Under the pieces are notes generated by a model. The model was not told the origin of the DNA and searched no databases. It saw nothing but the letters and a program-made list of their open reading frames with translations. The position numbers and the translations under genes are program-made. Of a stretch of 64,000 nt of DNA, positions 1 to 10,335 are shown piece by piece (position 1 is the stretch's first letter; every line of letters starts with the position of its first letter). The stretch is from a virus (Duplodnaviria; Caudoviricetes), in IMG/VR virus record IMGVR_UViG_3300009788_000012, positions 292 through 64,291 of that record, one strand, 5' to 3'.

Positions 1-521
1 CCGCCCGCTGCGTTCCAGGCGTCGATGGTCTCTTCCTTGTCGTCGACTAGCACATTACCCTCTCGAGCGAGCAGGGCTTTGTCCTTGCTTGACGAGACCA
101 TGATGGTTCTGGTATAAGGAAGGTGCTTTTTGAGCCATAAAGCTTTGCCAGCAGCAGATCGAGCTGCATAGTCACCAGCACCGATACAGGTTAGGACACG
201 AGGAGACATTAATCCCGCGAAACCCTTGAAGAAATTTACGAGTTTAAGCATCTCCGTGTGTGGTGCAAGGTTTGCCCACCAGCCGGTGTTCATTTTTTCC
301 GGGTCGTACCATGACTCGACCTCCACCCCTAATTCCTTAAGCGCCGGCTCAATCTTCCACCCGCAGTTGGTTGGGTAGTCGTACCATTGGGCCAGGTCAT
401 CACCTTGTGGGTTGCCCACATTATGCGCTTCAAAAACTGCCCCCGCAAAGTCAGCCAATACCCCATCCATGTCCCAATAAATGGTGTTGCCACCACCTAC
501 GCCTTGCTTTTTGTTATTCAT
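1..521 (-). CDS. HAD-superfamily 5'(3')-deoxyribonucleotidase (NT5C-like), 3' end truncated by window edge
   Basis: Translated by hand from ATG at 521: MNNKKQGVGGGNTIYWDMDGVLADF...KALWLKKH...DKALLA...VLVDDKEETIDAWNAAGG. Contains HAD motif I (DMDGV), a conserved Lys and the LVDD motif IV; AGGAG upstream. Confidence 0.85.
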   Translation of the reverse strand, partial: MNNKKQGVGGGNTIYWDMDGVLADFAGAVFEAHNVGNPQGDDLAQWYDYPTNCGWKIEPALKELGVEVESWYDPEKMNTGWWANLAPHTEMLKLVNFFKGFAGLMSPRVLTCIGAGDYAARSAAGKALWLKKHLPYTRTIMVSSSKDKALLAREGNVLVDDKEETIDAWNAAG

Positions 522-533
522 AATAGTTGCTCC

Positions 534-737
534 TTAAGTCGGCTGGATTATTTCAGCCTCAAGTAGTCGCTTGCTCAAAAACTCTGAGCGCAATGTTTTC
601 AAATTCACGTGTCCGCCACACATAGGGCAGACAACGTTGAACCTATTCGACGGATGTTCGAATTGAATCCCGCAGTTGCTACACTCAATATACAGGATGT
701 TCTTACCATATGTCCAGCGAGCGCCGACGAGAGTCAT
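534..737 (-). CDS. small zinc-ribbon protein
   Basis: C-terminal part of ORF 534..857; CSNC...CPMCGG pairs; start at ATG 737 avoids overlap with the upstream gene. Confidence 0.55.
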   Translation of the reverse strand: MTLVGARWTYGKNILYIECSNCGIQFEHPSNRFNVVCPMCGGHVNLKTLRSEFLSKRLLEAEIIQPT

Positions 738-747
738 GAGGCTATGC

Positions 748-1008
748 CTAACTATTGATTCGGCATCCCGAACAACAAACCCTGTTGTCCGAAGCACTAG
801 CGGTACAGCAGTGACTGCACACCCGCTTACCACACCCGTCACAAATGTATGCGCCATATTCTACGCCGCATATTTCGCACAGGTTTTTTTCGCACAGGTT
901 TTCATTGTTTTTTGTCTCCTCCTCCTCCTCCACCGTCGAGAAAGACAAACCTTTCTCTTCTCCGGGCTTCTTCCCGGCGAGGAACAATAGTATTCCTAAA
1001 CCATTCAT
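748..1008 (-). CDS. small Cys-rich (B-box-like zinc finger) protein
   Basis: CEICG...ICDGCGKRVCSHCC...VCCSGC. Confidence 0.5.
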   Translation of the reverse strand: MNGLGILLFLAGKKPGEEKGLSFSTVEEEEETKNNENLCEKNLCEICGVEYGAYICDGCGKRVCSHCCTASASDNRVCCSGCRINS

Positions 1009-1177
1009 AGCTTTGTTTCTCCCTATGTGGTTTTAACACACAGCGGGTGATCCGCGCTTGCGTTACACATTTCCAGAATCTCGTCTGCAAGTTCACGGGC
1101 CTTTTCCATATCTACAACCCCGCTCGGGCTCGAAAGCATCCCACATACCAGGCTGGTCATCAACATCATTCTGTTTG

Positions 1178-1420
1178 TCATGACTCTTCTTTCCTTTCCT
1201 CTTCTAGTTCCTTTACCCTTTCTTCAAGTAGCTTCCCATGAAGCCACAAATCCCACGCTGTTTGTCGACGCACACAAAGCCTGAAACCATCTGCTAAAAT
1301 ACGCGGACAACCGGCACGTCGAGGTCGATTAGTAGGTGTTCCTGGCGCCTGTATTCCAACTTCTCGCTTAAAGTCAGCTTGTCTCTTCTCTAGTTGTGCT
1401 TCAGTCATTGGTCGCTTCAC
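1178..1420 (-). CDS. hypothetical protein
   Basis: 80-aa ORF packed directly after the 1423..2466 gene. Confidence 0.5.
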   Translation of the reverse strand: MKRPMTEAQLEKRQADFKREVGIQAPGTPTNRPRRAGCPRILADGFRLCVRRQTAWDLWLHGKLLEERVKELEEERKEES

Positions 1421-1422
1421 TC

Positions 1423-2466
1423 CTAATTTAATTCAAAATTCTCACACGCGAATGTACCCGAGTGGACACATGTTGGGACATTTGCGCAATCGACGCATTT
1501 GCTTGGATGATGTTGTCTACATAACTTACCTGCAAATATTCGAACATACTTAGCGCCTTCGACGACGGTGTTGGGGCACATCATGCACTCCTTTTGACAT
1601 ATATTATATTGGGGCTCATTAAGGGGTTTCTCTTCCTCTTCTTTCTTCTCCACCTCCTCCCCTGTCAACTCCAACAATCGATTCTTTGCCTTCTCCGACC
1701 ACACAGGCAAGTCGTCCAGCTCAGCGGGAAGATCCCCTGCGTCAATCATCTCTTTGGTGTGGATGAGGCAGTGGACATTCCAGAAGGCAGCAGCCAAATG
1801 ATCTTCGTCGTCGAGCCCCACTGCAAACTTCAGCATGTGGCGCATGGCGCTGTTGTAGTACTCAGACAACGGCATCCCTTTCTCCCAGTTCCTGGCGGCA
1901 TACTTTCTGGCGCCACGCTCCATGTGGATAGCCGCTCGAGCGAAAGCAAACGGAGAGAGGAGGTCATAAGCCCCCTTCACTTTATCATCCGCGCCCCTGT
2001 CCCTCACGGCCCCGCTCTCAAACTCTCGGCGGTGGCCAGAATCCTTGATCAAGGATTCGCCTGCGGCAGAGTCTTTAATCGAGGCATCGCCCTCTCTAGC
2101 GAGCGGGGCAACGATTGCGCCGGTCGACTCGAAGATGGGCGATGCGTCGCTAGTGGATTCTTCCAGACCCTCAACAATACCGTCAATGACCTTGACGAAT
2201 TCCTCTTGGGCCGTGCGCAGCCTAAGCTTGATAAAATACTCACACGATTCAGTATTCCAGTTTTCGACAGATGAGTCGGTTGCACCTAGTTGTAAGCAGA
2301 TTTCACGCTTAATGTAAGGAGTCAAATCCACGGCAGCATCATTCTTCTCTGAGGGATCGGTGATAAAGAAAAACGTTCCATCACTTAATTGGACATCGAC
2401 ACCCCATACATCGACTTCATCGTCAGGTATCCGCTCAATCTTAGCGCTCTTTAGTGTCTTCGACAT
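1423..2466 (-). CDS. dATP/dGTP diphosphohydrolase-domain (DUF5664-like) protein with extra N- and Cys-rich C-terminal domains
   Basis: DSGxRREFESGAVRD...YDLL...GARKYAARNWEKGMP...AMRH...DEDHLAAAFWN signature typical of phage DUF5664 proteins. Confidence 0.8.
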   Translation of the reverse strand: MSKTLKSAKIERIPDDEVDVWGVDVQLSDGTFFFITDPSEKNDAAVDLTPYIKREICLQLGATDSSVENWNTESCEYFIKLRLRTAQEEFVKVIDGIVEGLEESTSDASPIFESTGAIVAPLAREGDASIKDSAAGESLIKDSGHRREFESGAVRDRGADDKVKGAYDLLSPFAFARAAIHMERGARKYAARNWEKGMPLSEYYNSAMRHMLKFAVGLDDEDHLAAAFWNVHCLIHTKEMIDAGDLPAELDDLPVWSEKAKNRLLELTGEEVEKKEEEEKPLNEPQYNICQKECMMCPNTVVEGAKYVRIFAGKLCRQHHPSKCVDCANVPTCVHSGTFACENFELN

Positions 2467-2616
2467 AATCCTCTACGCTCCTATCGTCTTCCTGGTCTCG
2501 TTCCTGCTGGCGTAATTGCCTGTATCGCTTTGTCTTCGGCGCGAACTTGCCTCTCGACCGTCGCTCTGCTTTCCATCGCTCGCTCTTTCGACCACCCTTA
2601 TGCCTCTGCGTGTGGC

Positions 2617-2889
2617 TCATTTCACAACTCCACTCTTGTTTTTACGCAGATAGCTATGTAGAGATTCGCCATTTTCTATCGAATCCCAATAGGCTTGCGG
2701 CTGCTTGAACGACACTTGCTTTTTCTGTTTATGGCTAAAGAGCGCAGCTATTTTCCGTAAAGTAGTCTGCACCTCGTCGTCTAAATTAGCCGACTCCCGA
2801 TCTTTCATGTCAAACCAATCCGCCAACAAAGATAACTTATCGGCGCAATCTCTAGCCTGCTTTTTTGACACTGAAATAGCGTGGCTCAC
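2617..2889 (-). CDS. hypothetical protein
   Basis: 90-aa ORF coupled (4-nt overlap) to the phosphoesterase stop. Confidence 0.55.
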   Translation of the reverse strand: MSHAISVSKKQARDCADKLSLLADWFDMKDRESANLDDEVQTTLRKIAALFSHKQKKQVSFKQPQAYWDSIENGESLHSYLRKNKSGVVK

Positions 2890-3755
2890 GAGTAAACCTC
2901 CTCAACTGACATCTTCACACATCTCGGATACGCCTTGACACGAAGCCAATACGCACCCACGGCTTTTAGCATGTTCATCTGTATATCAAACGCACCGCCC
3001 GTCTCTTTGGTCGACGGGATGTTCATGTGACGGACCTGCTTTACTACTTCTTTGCACGATGGCAGGAGTACCCTCTCTGGTCTGATGCAGTTGAAGTAGT
3101 TGTGGTTGTGTCCGCCCCAAAACACATCCACTAGGCCATGGTCGGCTTGTTGCCGCTGCGTCTGGATCATACCAAGAGTCACGGGTGCCGCCCCACCTGT
3201 GCCGTGAAAGTATTTGATAGTTTTGGCAAACCTTGATGTTCCGCCGACCGTGAATCGCAACTTCACGTAACCACCGTAACCGCCGGCCAAAACCTGTGAG
3301 CCATCCTCCGCTCTCAACTTCTCGACCAACATCTTAGTGATGTCAACCTCATTGTGCTTAAGTATGGACGACTCGTGGTTGCCCTGGCTAAACATCACCC
3401 AGTTCTTGGCGTATGGTCTATAGAATTCTGCCGCGTTTTCGACCAAGGCATTCCAATAGTCATCTCTGTCCTGCAGCGCCTTGATCTTGCCCTTGTTACT
3501 GCTGCGCCTGTCGTTTGTTCCCTGCATTGCGTCGAAGCAATCCCCCACGTCGAAGATGAGTGCCTTTCGCTCGAGCGCTTCGTCGAGGAGTTCCTTCTCA
3601 AGCTTGACGTTAGCGTATGGCGAGTCATGATGAGCATCAGCCCGCACAAGATAGTGCTGAACCTCTCCGACCTCGAGCGGTTGCGACACTACAATACACT
3701 TAGACTTTCTCTCTACTGTGAAGTTGGGGGTAGTGGACTGAATAATATCAGTCAT
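2886..3755 (-). CDS. calcineurin-like metallophosphoesterase
   Basis: Motifs DAHHD, GDCFD, GNHES, FHGTGG, GHNH in canonical order. Confidence 0.85.
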   Translation of the reverse strand: MTDIIQSTTPNFTVERKSKCIVVSQPLEVGEVQHYLVRADAHHDSPYANVKLEKELLDEALERKALIFDVGDCFDAMQGTNDRRSSNKGKIKALQDRDDYWNALVENAAEFYRPYAKNWVMFSQGNHESSILKHNEVDITKMLVEKLRAEDGSQVLAGGYGGYVKLRFTVGGTSRFAKTIKYFHGTGGAAPVTLGMIQTQRQQADHGLVDVFWGGHNHNYFNCIRPERVLLPSCKEVVKQVRHMNIPSTKETGGAFDIQMNMLKAVGAYWLRVKAYPRCVKMSVEEVYS

Positions 3756-4194
3756 TAGATAATTCCTTCATTCCATCAAGGAATATTTTTCTACAATCCA
3801 TACAGATTAGACTTGAAAAATTATGCTCTTCGCATATACCATTCTCATGGTCCACCGTTGTGGACCCCTTTAATAGACAAACGGGATCTTTGTTAAGTTC
3901 TTTTTTGCAGTCTGCACATTTCATCAACGTTCTCCCTTTATGCGCTACGCGCTTTAGTTGCCTCGTATTGTGTCAAGATTTTTTTATTCAATAATCTCCT
4001 CCAAGTTGTCCATTATGTGTCCACTGGCCGCGACCATGAGTGTGGGTTGTGCCTAAATACCCCTTATGCGTTTTTACCCAGCAATCGCAGCGAGTACAGT
4101 GAACATGTTCTGCTTCTTTGGTGTGTTGTAGTATTGTGGTCAGACCTTTTGTAGTACAGTAACAAACTGTTACGGTCATCATCCCTCTTACCTC

Positions 4195-5742
4195 CTACGT
4201 CGCCCCGCCAAACGTCGGCGGTGGCTTTGGTTTGTTTATCACTTCGTCTATTCTAACAGAAGCTTCCTTCATTGTCAAGAGGGAACCATCCACGCCTAGT
4301 TTGCGAAGAAATATCACCTGTTTAACTGTCGCGAGTTTCTGTTTCGCTCGAGCGAACAACCTATCGATTATCATAGAGGCGTGCCCTTTGCACGTAACCA
4401 TGGTCGCGTCGATGCCAAACTTTCTGATAGCGCTAAGCTGCTTCTCTGACGCCGGGGCTTTTTCCCAGGCCATCAGCGGCACGTATTCCATAAGCGCGTC
4501 GTCGTGTAGGCACAGACTCCACTCGAGCGGATTAATAACCCTCTTTTTCCTTCTCTCAGAGGCTGCCAGGGCTTTAGCGAGCGCCTGTTCTCTATCTGCC
4601 TTGGCATCTCTCTCGGCGTCCAGGAGGTCTACTTCGCCATCCTCGACAGTAAACTTCTCCATGATCTCTTGGGCTTCTTTGATATCCTTGGCGACCAAGG
4701 ACGCCGGCACGCATAGGTCGTGCCTGGTGGTCTGCCAGAGGAAATCCAAAATCAAAAGGTTTTCTTTACCGGGCGAAATCCGTGTCCCTCGACCAACTAT
4801 CTGGGCGTATAGACTTCGTACCTTGGTCGGGCGGAGACAGACTATGCAGTCGATGTCCGGCTGGTCGTAGCCCTCGAGGAGGAGGGAGGAGTTGCAGAGG
4901 GCGGATCCACCATCCATTCGGTGGAACCATTCCAAAATCTCCGCCCTGTCTTTCGACTTGCCGTCGATGTGCAGGGCGCCAATACCCCTGTCGCATAGCA
5001 GCCTAGTGAATAGCTCCGACGTCGCTATGAGCGGCAGGAAGATTAAGGACTTACGCTTCCACCCGTGCTCCGCCACAGCATCCGCCACAGCTTCGAGGTG
5101 GGGACGGATACCCACATCAATATCTTTTGGATTATAGTCGCCGGCTGTGACCCTGACGTTACCCAGATCAACCGATATGGGGAGTAGCCTGGCCGATATA
5201 GGACACAAAAACTCTTCTTTAATGGCCGTCCTGAATGGGTATTCATAAGCTATGTTCTCGAAGATATCAGCGAGCGCTTTCTTGTCGCCCCTGTCAGGTG
5301 TGGCCGTAACCCCCAGCACCCGTGAGTTTCCGAAGTGGTCTAGTATTCTCTGGTATGAGTCGGCCAGGCAGTGGTGCGCTTCGTCGATTATGATTAGATC
5401 TATTGTGTTGGGATCCCATCGCTGTAGCCTCTTATCTGAAAGGGTTTGAACGCTTGCCACTATTACTGGCAGCAGGCTGTCGTGTGCTTGGCTGCTTGCT
5501 TTTTCCAGTGAACTGTGGAGGCCCGCTGCTTGAAGGAGTTGGTTTTGCGCTTGTTCGAGCAGTTCCGAACGATGGGCAAGAACCATTACTCTTTTTCCGG
5601 CCTCCGCTTCTTGCTTCGCCAGATGTGAAAAAACTATTGTCTTCCCAGTTCCGGTTGGAAGAACCAAGAGCTGACGCCGGAATTGTGACCAGCCAGTTCG
5701 GATTGCCTCCATCGCTTCCTTCTGATACTTGCGCAGTTCCAT
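4195..5742 (-). CDS. superfamily 2 DEAH-box DNA helicase (ResIII/Irc3-like)
   Basis: LRKYQ Q-motif, LPTGTGKT Walker A, DEAHH, TATP, EGYD, QIVGRGTR; C-terminal PASEKQL/ATVKQV repeats. Confidence 0.92.
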   Translation of the reverse strand: MELRKYQKEAMEAIRTGWSQFRRQLLVLPTGTGKTIVFSHLAKQEAEAGKRVMVLAHRSELLEQAQNQLLQAAGLHSSLEKASSQAHDSLLPVIVASVQTLSDKRLQRWDPNTIDLIIIDEAHHCLADSYQRILDHFGNSRVLGVTATPDRGDKKALADIFENIAYEYPFRTAIKEEFLCPISARLLPISVDLGNVRVTAGDYNPKDIDVGIRPHLEAVADAVAEHGWKRKSLIFLPLIATSELFTRLLCDRGIGALHIDGKSKDRAEILEWFHRMDGGSALCNSSLLLEGYDQPDIDCIVCLRPTKVRSLYAQIVGRGTRISPGKENLLILDFLWQTTRHDLCVPASLVAKDIKEAQEIMEKFTVEDGEVDLLDAERDAKADREQALAKALAASERRKKRVINPLEWSLCLHDDALMEYVPLMAWEKAPASEKQLSAIRKFGIDATMVTCKGHASMIIDRLFARAKQKLATVKQVIFLRKLGVDGSLLTMKEASVRIDEVINKPKPPPTFGGAT

Positions 5743-5970
5743 GAGTTACCATACTCCTATATAGGGATCTGATGTCTGATTGCCATGCGCCCGTTAAGAC
5801 TCGAGGGGCGTCGAATTTCCTACAGTCATGTTTTAGCTGCTTGAGAAATGGCTCGGGGCAAATCACCTTCACTTGTTTGTTCAAAACAAATGGGCAGGGG
5901 GGGAGATCCTCGATCTCCACCCCTGCCAGCCAGGAACTCATCTTCTCATATTGTTCCCTGGACGTCATAA

Positions 5971-6435
5971 TTATGCTCCGTGGGTTGCCTTGAAGTAGGA
6001 GTCAAACTCTCGCCCTACGTTCGCGTCAATCGGAGTGACTTCTCCACCACCCCACTGCGCAAAATCCCACTTGTCGCTTGTCTTGCCTTGGTAGGTCGAG
6101 TGTCGGCAGATAAGTTCGACGCCTGTTGCTTTCTCAGCGTCAAACGTCGGGGTAGAAATGGGCGGTGCAAAGCCGATCATCTCCAACTTGTCAGCCGTAT
6201 ACTTGCGGGCCTTCTCGCTGAGATAAAGGTACATGGTGCGAAGGAACTTCTCCTTGATATTGTCTCGCTCCTCCCATACCTCGCCCTTCTTAGAGTGCGT
6301 GATATTCCATACAAGCTTGACAAAAGAGGCCTTCTTTTTACCATCCACCTCTTCGCCTTTGCCGGCCTCGATACTCTCCAGTGTGCCCTTGTAGGCACCC
6401 TCTGGAATCAGGTCATTTCCTTTGTCTTCACTCAT
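5971..6435 (-). CDS. putative ssDNA-binding protein (DUF669-like)
   Basis: Starts MSEDKGNDLIPEGAYKG; beta-rich; directly follows the Sak4-like ATPase, the usual position for an SSB partner. Confidence 0.55.
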   Translation of the reverse strand: MSEDKGNDLIPEGAYKGTLESIEAGKGEEVDGKKKASFVKLVWNITHSKKGEVWEERDNIKEKFLRTMYLYLSEKARKYTADKLEMIGFAPPISTPTFDAEKATGVELICRHSTYQGKTSDKWDFAQWGGGEVTPIDANVGREFDSYFKATHGA

Positions 6436-6487
6436 TGTGTATTGCTCCTTTGCGCATTGCGCGTTTGTGGGGTGATGAGCACCCAAG

Positions 6488-7429
6488 TTATTTCTTGTCT
6501 ACTTCAGACTTGTCCTTGATATCGTACCCGCCAGGCCAAAGGTCATTCGGCACCAGTACGCAGTTCTCTTTTGCATACTCGATAGCATCCGCAATGGTCG
6601 ACCACACCTTGGTAGGATTGTCGGGGATGTCAATTGCCTCGGGAAGGCCGAACCGGTTCTTTGCATCGTAGGCATCGCGCCGCTCAGTGTATACCACCCG
6701 GTCCGTACCGCCGATACCTTTCTTTCGGCCCTTGTCTTTACCGTCGTCAGTAACCAGAACGGACACATACTGCCCGTTAAAGATGGCGTCGAGCCATTTT
6801 CGTGTCGGACCCCACACCTTCTCGTGCATATCGATCTGGAACCTGTCGAAGTCGGCCCCTGTCGGATTCTTGTAGGGTTTAATGATGACGTGACCCAGGA
6901 AGATCACGTTCGTACCCCACTTCGCTTGGATTTGGTCGAGCAGAGCCAGGGATTCAATCCACGAAGGGATGGCCGCAGAGTATCCCTGCATGTAAGACAT
7001 GAAGCCAGACTTGCCCCAGTCGCCGTTGTACTCATCTCGACACACCTTCTCGTTGTTCATGTGTGCGAAATCGCCAATTGAGTCGATGCTGAGATTCTCA
7101 ATGCCTTCGGCGCCACCGTCGCGCATCCATTTGAGTGTTTCGATATATTCGTTCCAATCGGAGACCGGGCGAGGGGTACCGTCCTCATTCAGAAGGGTCA
7201 TCACTTCCGGCACCCTGTTGTGCTCACGCAACACGGTGTATCCGGTCTCGCGTTTGCTCATAAGGATGGCAGCATTAGGGGCAAACGCCCCCATAGTTGT
7301 CTTGCCAAATCCCTCCACCGCCGCTAATAGCATTCGAAACGGCGTCTTCGTCTTCTTGGTTGCTTTGCCAAAAGCCAGGGGCTTCTTGGGTGCTTCCTCT
7401 GCTGCATTGCCAAATGGACTACCTGTCAT
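6488..7429 (-). CDS. AAA_24 / Sak4-like ATPase (ssDNA annealing/recombinase)
   Basis: EGFGKTT Walker A, LSIDSI Walker B, VIFLGH, AYDAKNRFGLP C-terminal signature. Confidence 0.85.
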   Translation of the reverse strand: MTGSPFGNAAEEAPKKPLAFGKATKKTKTPFRMLLAAVEGFGKTTMGAFAPNAAILMSKRETGYTVLREHNRVPEVMTLLNEDGTPRPVSDWNEYIETLKWMRDGGAEGIENLSIDSIGDFAHMNNEKVCRDEYNGDWGKSGFMSYMQGYSAAIPSWIESLALLDQIQAKWGTNVIFLGHVIIKPYKNPTGADFDRFQIDMHEKVWGPTRKWLDAIFNGQYVSVLVTDDGKDKGRKKGIGGTDRVVYTERRDAYDAKNRFGLPEAIDIPDNPTKVWSTIADAIEYAKENCVLVPNDLWPGGYDIKDKSEVDKK

Positions 7430-7434
7430 AACTC

Positions 7435-8577
7435 TTATACCTCCTCTTTCTCTGTTAGTTCGGGATGAGCTGTCTCAATGACATGGAACTCTTCTGGCAA
7501 GTCCTCAAGCCCATCCCTCATCGGGTTAAACCCTGCCGTACACAGGGCTCTGAACTGACACGTCATTCCGGGCGACTTGCAATGTTTATCATTGCGTGGC
7601 CAACGGTTGTTCTTAATGCTTTCTCGCAGCGCCTGGCCCCAGTCCCAAAGATCCTGTTGGCCGTCCTCGAGGTCGTTGCCTATGCGCTGCACCTGTTCGC
7701 GCCGGAAATACTCTTTGGGATTCTCTGTGAGGATCGCTTTGAGTCTGGCACCGAACTCCTTAGGGGTCTCGGGACGCCTCAAAATAAACGAGTCAGGCCT
7801 GTCTTTTGGCTTGGTCTTGTAGGGCTCGCCATTTTTCTTGATGAGTCTTTCGCCCGACGGAGTCATCACTTGCGGCAGCTTATCTTCTGGGTGAAGGTGG
7901 TTGACTTCCTTCGGCCTTATCCCGGGCTTGCGAAGGACGTCGTAGAGGCAAGACTTGACATCGATACCCATTGCCTGGGCAGCGGTTAGGTATGCCGTCA
8001 CCTGCAGATCAATGGCGAGGCCTTTCCAATAGTCTGCGCCAGGACCAATCTCGTCGACAGTGGTCTTGTGCTCACCGATGCAAATACCATAGTCTGGTAT
8101 GTTAATGACTTTGTCAATAACGCCTTCGAGTTCGAAGGTGCGGCTTCCTCTACCTGTACCCGGGTTGACGAGAGGAACCTTAAATGCTAACTCAGAGTGG
8201 ATTGGTTTGACTGGCGCCCCGGACCACCTGTTCCAATAGCCGCGCAGGAGAGCCTCGACCATCTCAATATCATAGAAGTACATCTTCTTTCCGCGTTCTG
8301 TCTTCGGTTCGCAGGAGAACCAGCCTTCGCGGACGGCACCGATAATTTCATTAATGGTAAGCATCTTATAGGTGGGGTCTTTGGCTTTGTCTCCAGCCAA
8401 AAGAGAACTTTTCGCCATCAAGTCCAAACCGTAATGTACACCCGTACCAATCCTGAGCGGCGATGGTGGGTCGACCATTCTAATCTTGCAACGATACGCG
8501 AGGCATGCCTTACGCGGACAGCCGGCGTTACAGCGTATCATACTGACAGTGAGTTTTTCTGGGGGTTTCTCAGACAT
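7435..8577 (-). CDS. PD-(D/E)XK exonuclease (RecB/Cas4-like)
   Basis: GCPRK, IGTGVH, SELAF, GVIDK, GEHKTT, LQVTAY and C-terminal CxxxxxxCxFxxLC Fe-S-type cysteines. Confidence 0.85.
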   Translation of the reverse strand: MSEKPPEKLTVSMIRCNAGCPRKACLAYRCKIRMVDPPSPLRIGTGVHYGLDLMAKSSLLAGDKAKDPTYKMLTINEIIGAVREGWFSCEPKTERGKKMYFYDIEMVEALLRGYWNRWSGAPVKPIHSELAFKVPLVNPGTGRGSRTFELEGVIDKVINIPDYGICIGEHKTTVDEIGPGADYWKGLAIDLQVTAYLTAAQAMGIDVKSCLYDVLRKPGIRPKEVNHLHPEDKLPQVMTPSGERLIKKNGEPYKTKPKDRPDSFILRRPETPKEFGARLKAILTENPKEYFRREQVQRIGNDLEDGQQDLWDWGQALRESIKNNRWPRNDKHCKSPGMTCQFRALCTAGFNPMRDGLEDLPEEFHVIETAHPELTEKEEV

Positions 8578-8606
8578 TCGTCTTTGCTCCTTTGGTGCAG
8601 CTTTCG

Positions 8607-9836
8607 CTACCCCTTTATCACCGCAATCGGTGTCAACTCAGTGACGATCTCGACGAGGTCGCTTTGCTGAGCCATAACCTCGTCGATGTCTTTGTAAGCT
8701 CCCGGGGCTTCGTCGAGGTCGTTAGCATTCGTCATGGTGTGCTTGATGCCCTCCATAATCGCCTGTTGATCGGCAAGGTCTAATGTCTCTTTCGCTTTCT
8801 TGCGGCTCATCCTCCGTCCGGCCCCATGCGAGCATGACATGAAGCTGTTTGGATTGCCGAGTCCCTTGACAATGTAGCTCTTCGTACCTTGGGAGCCCGG
8901 GATGATACCCAGCTCACCAGCACGTGCCCTCGTCGCGCCCTTGCGGTGAACCATCACGTTCTTGCCAAAGTGGTTCTCAAGGGCCGCGTAGTTGTGGGCG
9001 ATGTCGATGTTTTCCTTCTGGCTAGGGTTCATAGACGTGACAGGAAAGTGTTTCCACCCCTCCGCCCTACGGTTGTGAAACACATTAGCAAGCGCTGCCC
9101 TCACCTTGCACCCCATCTCAAAGCGATTGATCTGGGCATACCTGACACACCAGTTCATCTCTCGGATATACGTCGCGTGAGAAACTCCGTGTATATAATG
9201 CTCTCCCGGCATAATATCTGCCAGAAACGCCAGGTCGTCTTGCGTATCCGAAAACCAGGCGGCGTTCAGCTCTTTAGCTACCTTGTTATAGTAGTCAGCA
9301 ATCTGCTTGCCGACATTGCGGCTCCCTGAGTGAATCATCACCCAGACCCACCCCTCCCCGTCTTTTTGTATCTCAATGAAATGGTTGCCTCCTCCTAAGG
9401 TGCCAAGCTGTTGGGTGGCGTTCTTTTTGTGCTTACCCGCAATAGGACACAGCCAATCATTAGGGAGTTGCCTGTATGTATATGGCGTCCTGGCGTGCTT
9501 TTTACAGCCAACCGGTACCGTGCTGCGGATGATGTCGATTATTTGCTCAAGACGCTCATAGGTTAGGTCGTCAGCCGTCAGCACGGTCCTGAAGGCATAG
9601 ACGCCACATCCAATATCAACCCCTACAGCGTTGGGTATAACGACGTTTTGGTCGGTCGCTAACACACCACCGATAGGCATACCGTAGCCCATGTGGCAGT
9701 CCGGCATGATTGCGATATGGTGGAAGGCGAAGGGGAGACGAGCTAAATTATAGATCTGGTCGAGTGCGCCCGCCTCGATATTGGGGCACCAACTCTTGAC
9801 ATGAATACCGCAGTCCGTTTCGAATGCTTCGTGCAT
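8607..9836 (-). CDS. rtcB: RtcB 3'-phosphate/5'-OH RNA ligase
   Basis: MPDCHMGYGMPIGGV, VGVDIGCG, QLGTLGGGNHFIE, HSGSR, HNYA, HRKGAT, IPGSQG, SCSHGAGR, DEAPGAYKDI; AAGGAG RBS. Confidence 0.97.
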   Translation of the reverse strand: MHEAFETDCGIHVKSWCPNIEAGALDQIYNLARLPFAFHHIAIMPDCHMGYGMPIGGVLATDQNVVIPNAVGVDIGCGVYAFRTVLTADDLTYERLEQIIDIIRSTVPVGCKKHARTPYTYRQLPNDWLCPIAGKHKKNATQQLGTLGGGNHFIEIQKDGEGWVWVMIHSGSRNVGKQIADYYNKVAKELNAAWFSDTQDDLAFLADIMPGEHYIHGVSHATYIREMNWCVRYAQINRFEMGCKVRAALANVFHNRRAEGWKHFPVTSMNPSQKENIDIAHNYAALENHFGKNVMVHRKGATRARAGELGIIPGSQGTKSYIVKGLGNPNSFMSCSHGAGRRMSRKKAKETLDLADQQAIMEGIKHTMTNANDLDEAPGAYKDIDEVMAQQSDLVEIVTELTPIAVIKG

Positions 9837-10255
9837 CTGTTTGCTCCTTCTGTTGTACCGCCTATGTTGTATAATGCCCGTCTCTCCGGGCTGTCACGCC
9901 GTTCCGTGGTTGTCCAATTCCAGGCGTCCTCGTATCCGACTTACCAAACCACTTGGCCGCATCAGTCTAATGGCTTTCCGGTGCGATGAGCATCATGTTC
10001 ACCATAGCTCACAGAATTTGACATCCCGGTAACCATCAAGGCGTGGCCTTGTGCTAGGTTAGAATTTCCAGCAAACTCAGGAGTGCGCACTGGTGTAGCT
10101 CCTCCGGGACTTGAAAACTATTCAAATGTTATGTATCAAAGCTGGCTCGTTAATTGGTGAGCCACGCCATCGCGGGCGCCTGTTTTAGTGTCCTCTGTGG
10201 GGGCAATTATCCGCGCTTTTCGAGGGATGCCATCCTCCGTATGCAATGACTAAAC

Positions 10256-10335
10256 TGGTACCCGACGACGGGACTCGAACCCGCAAACACCACGACTCTT
10301 AATCAGGCTCGCTATGCCAATTCGCGTACGTGGGT
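10256..10335 (-). tRNA. atypical tRNA (Leu-like; anticodon AAG or TAA ambiguous), CCA-ended
   Basis: ACCCACG-TA-CGC GAATTGGCATA GCG-A-GCCTGA TTAAGAG TCGTGGT-GTTT-GCGGG TTCGAGT CCCGT-CGTCGGGT-A-CCA. Bulged acceptor stem and irregular anticodon stem. Confidence 0.65.

Noticed and set aside
1423-2466. Z-genome or deazaguanine DNA modification pathway
   Set aside because: DUF5664 alone is insufficient; no purZ, queC/D/E, folE or dpdA recognisable in this window.
3940-3985. TTGACA on the minus strand as a promoter
   Set aside because: No acceptable -10 hexamer at 16-18 nt spacing.
7435-8577. Cas4 as evidence of a CRISPR-Cas system
   Set aside because: No other cas genes or array; its position beside Sak4 and SSB-like genes fits a phage recombination exonuclease.
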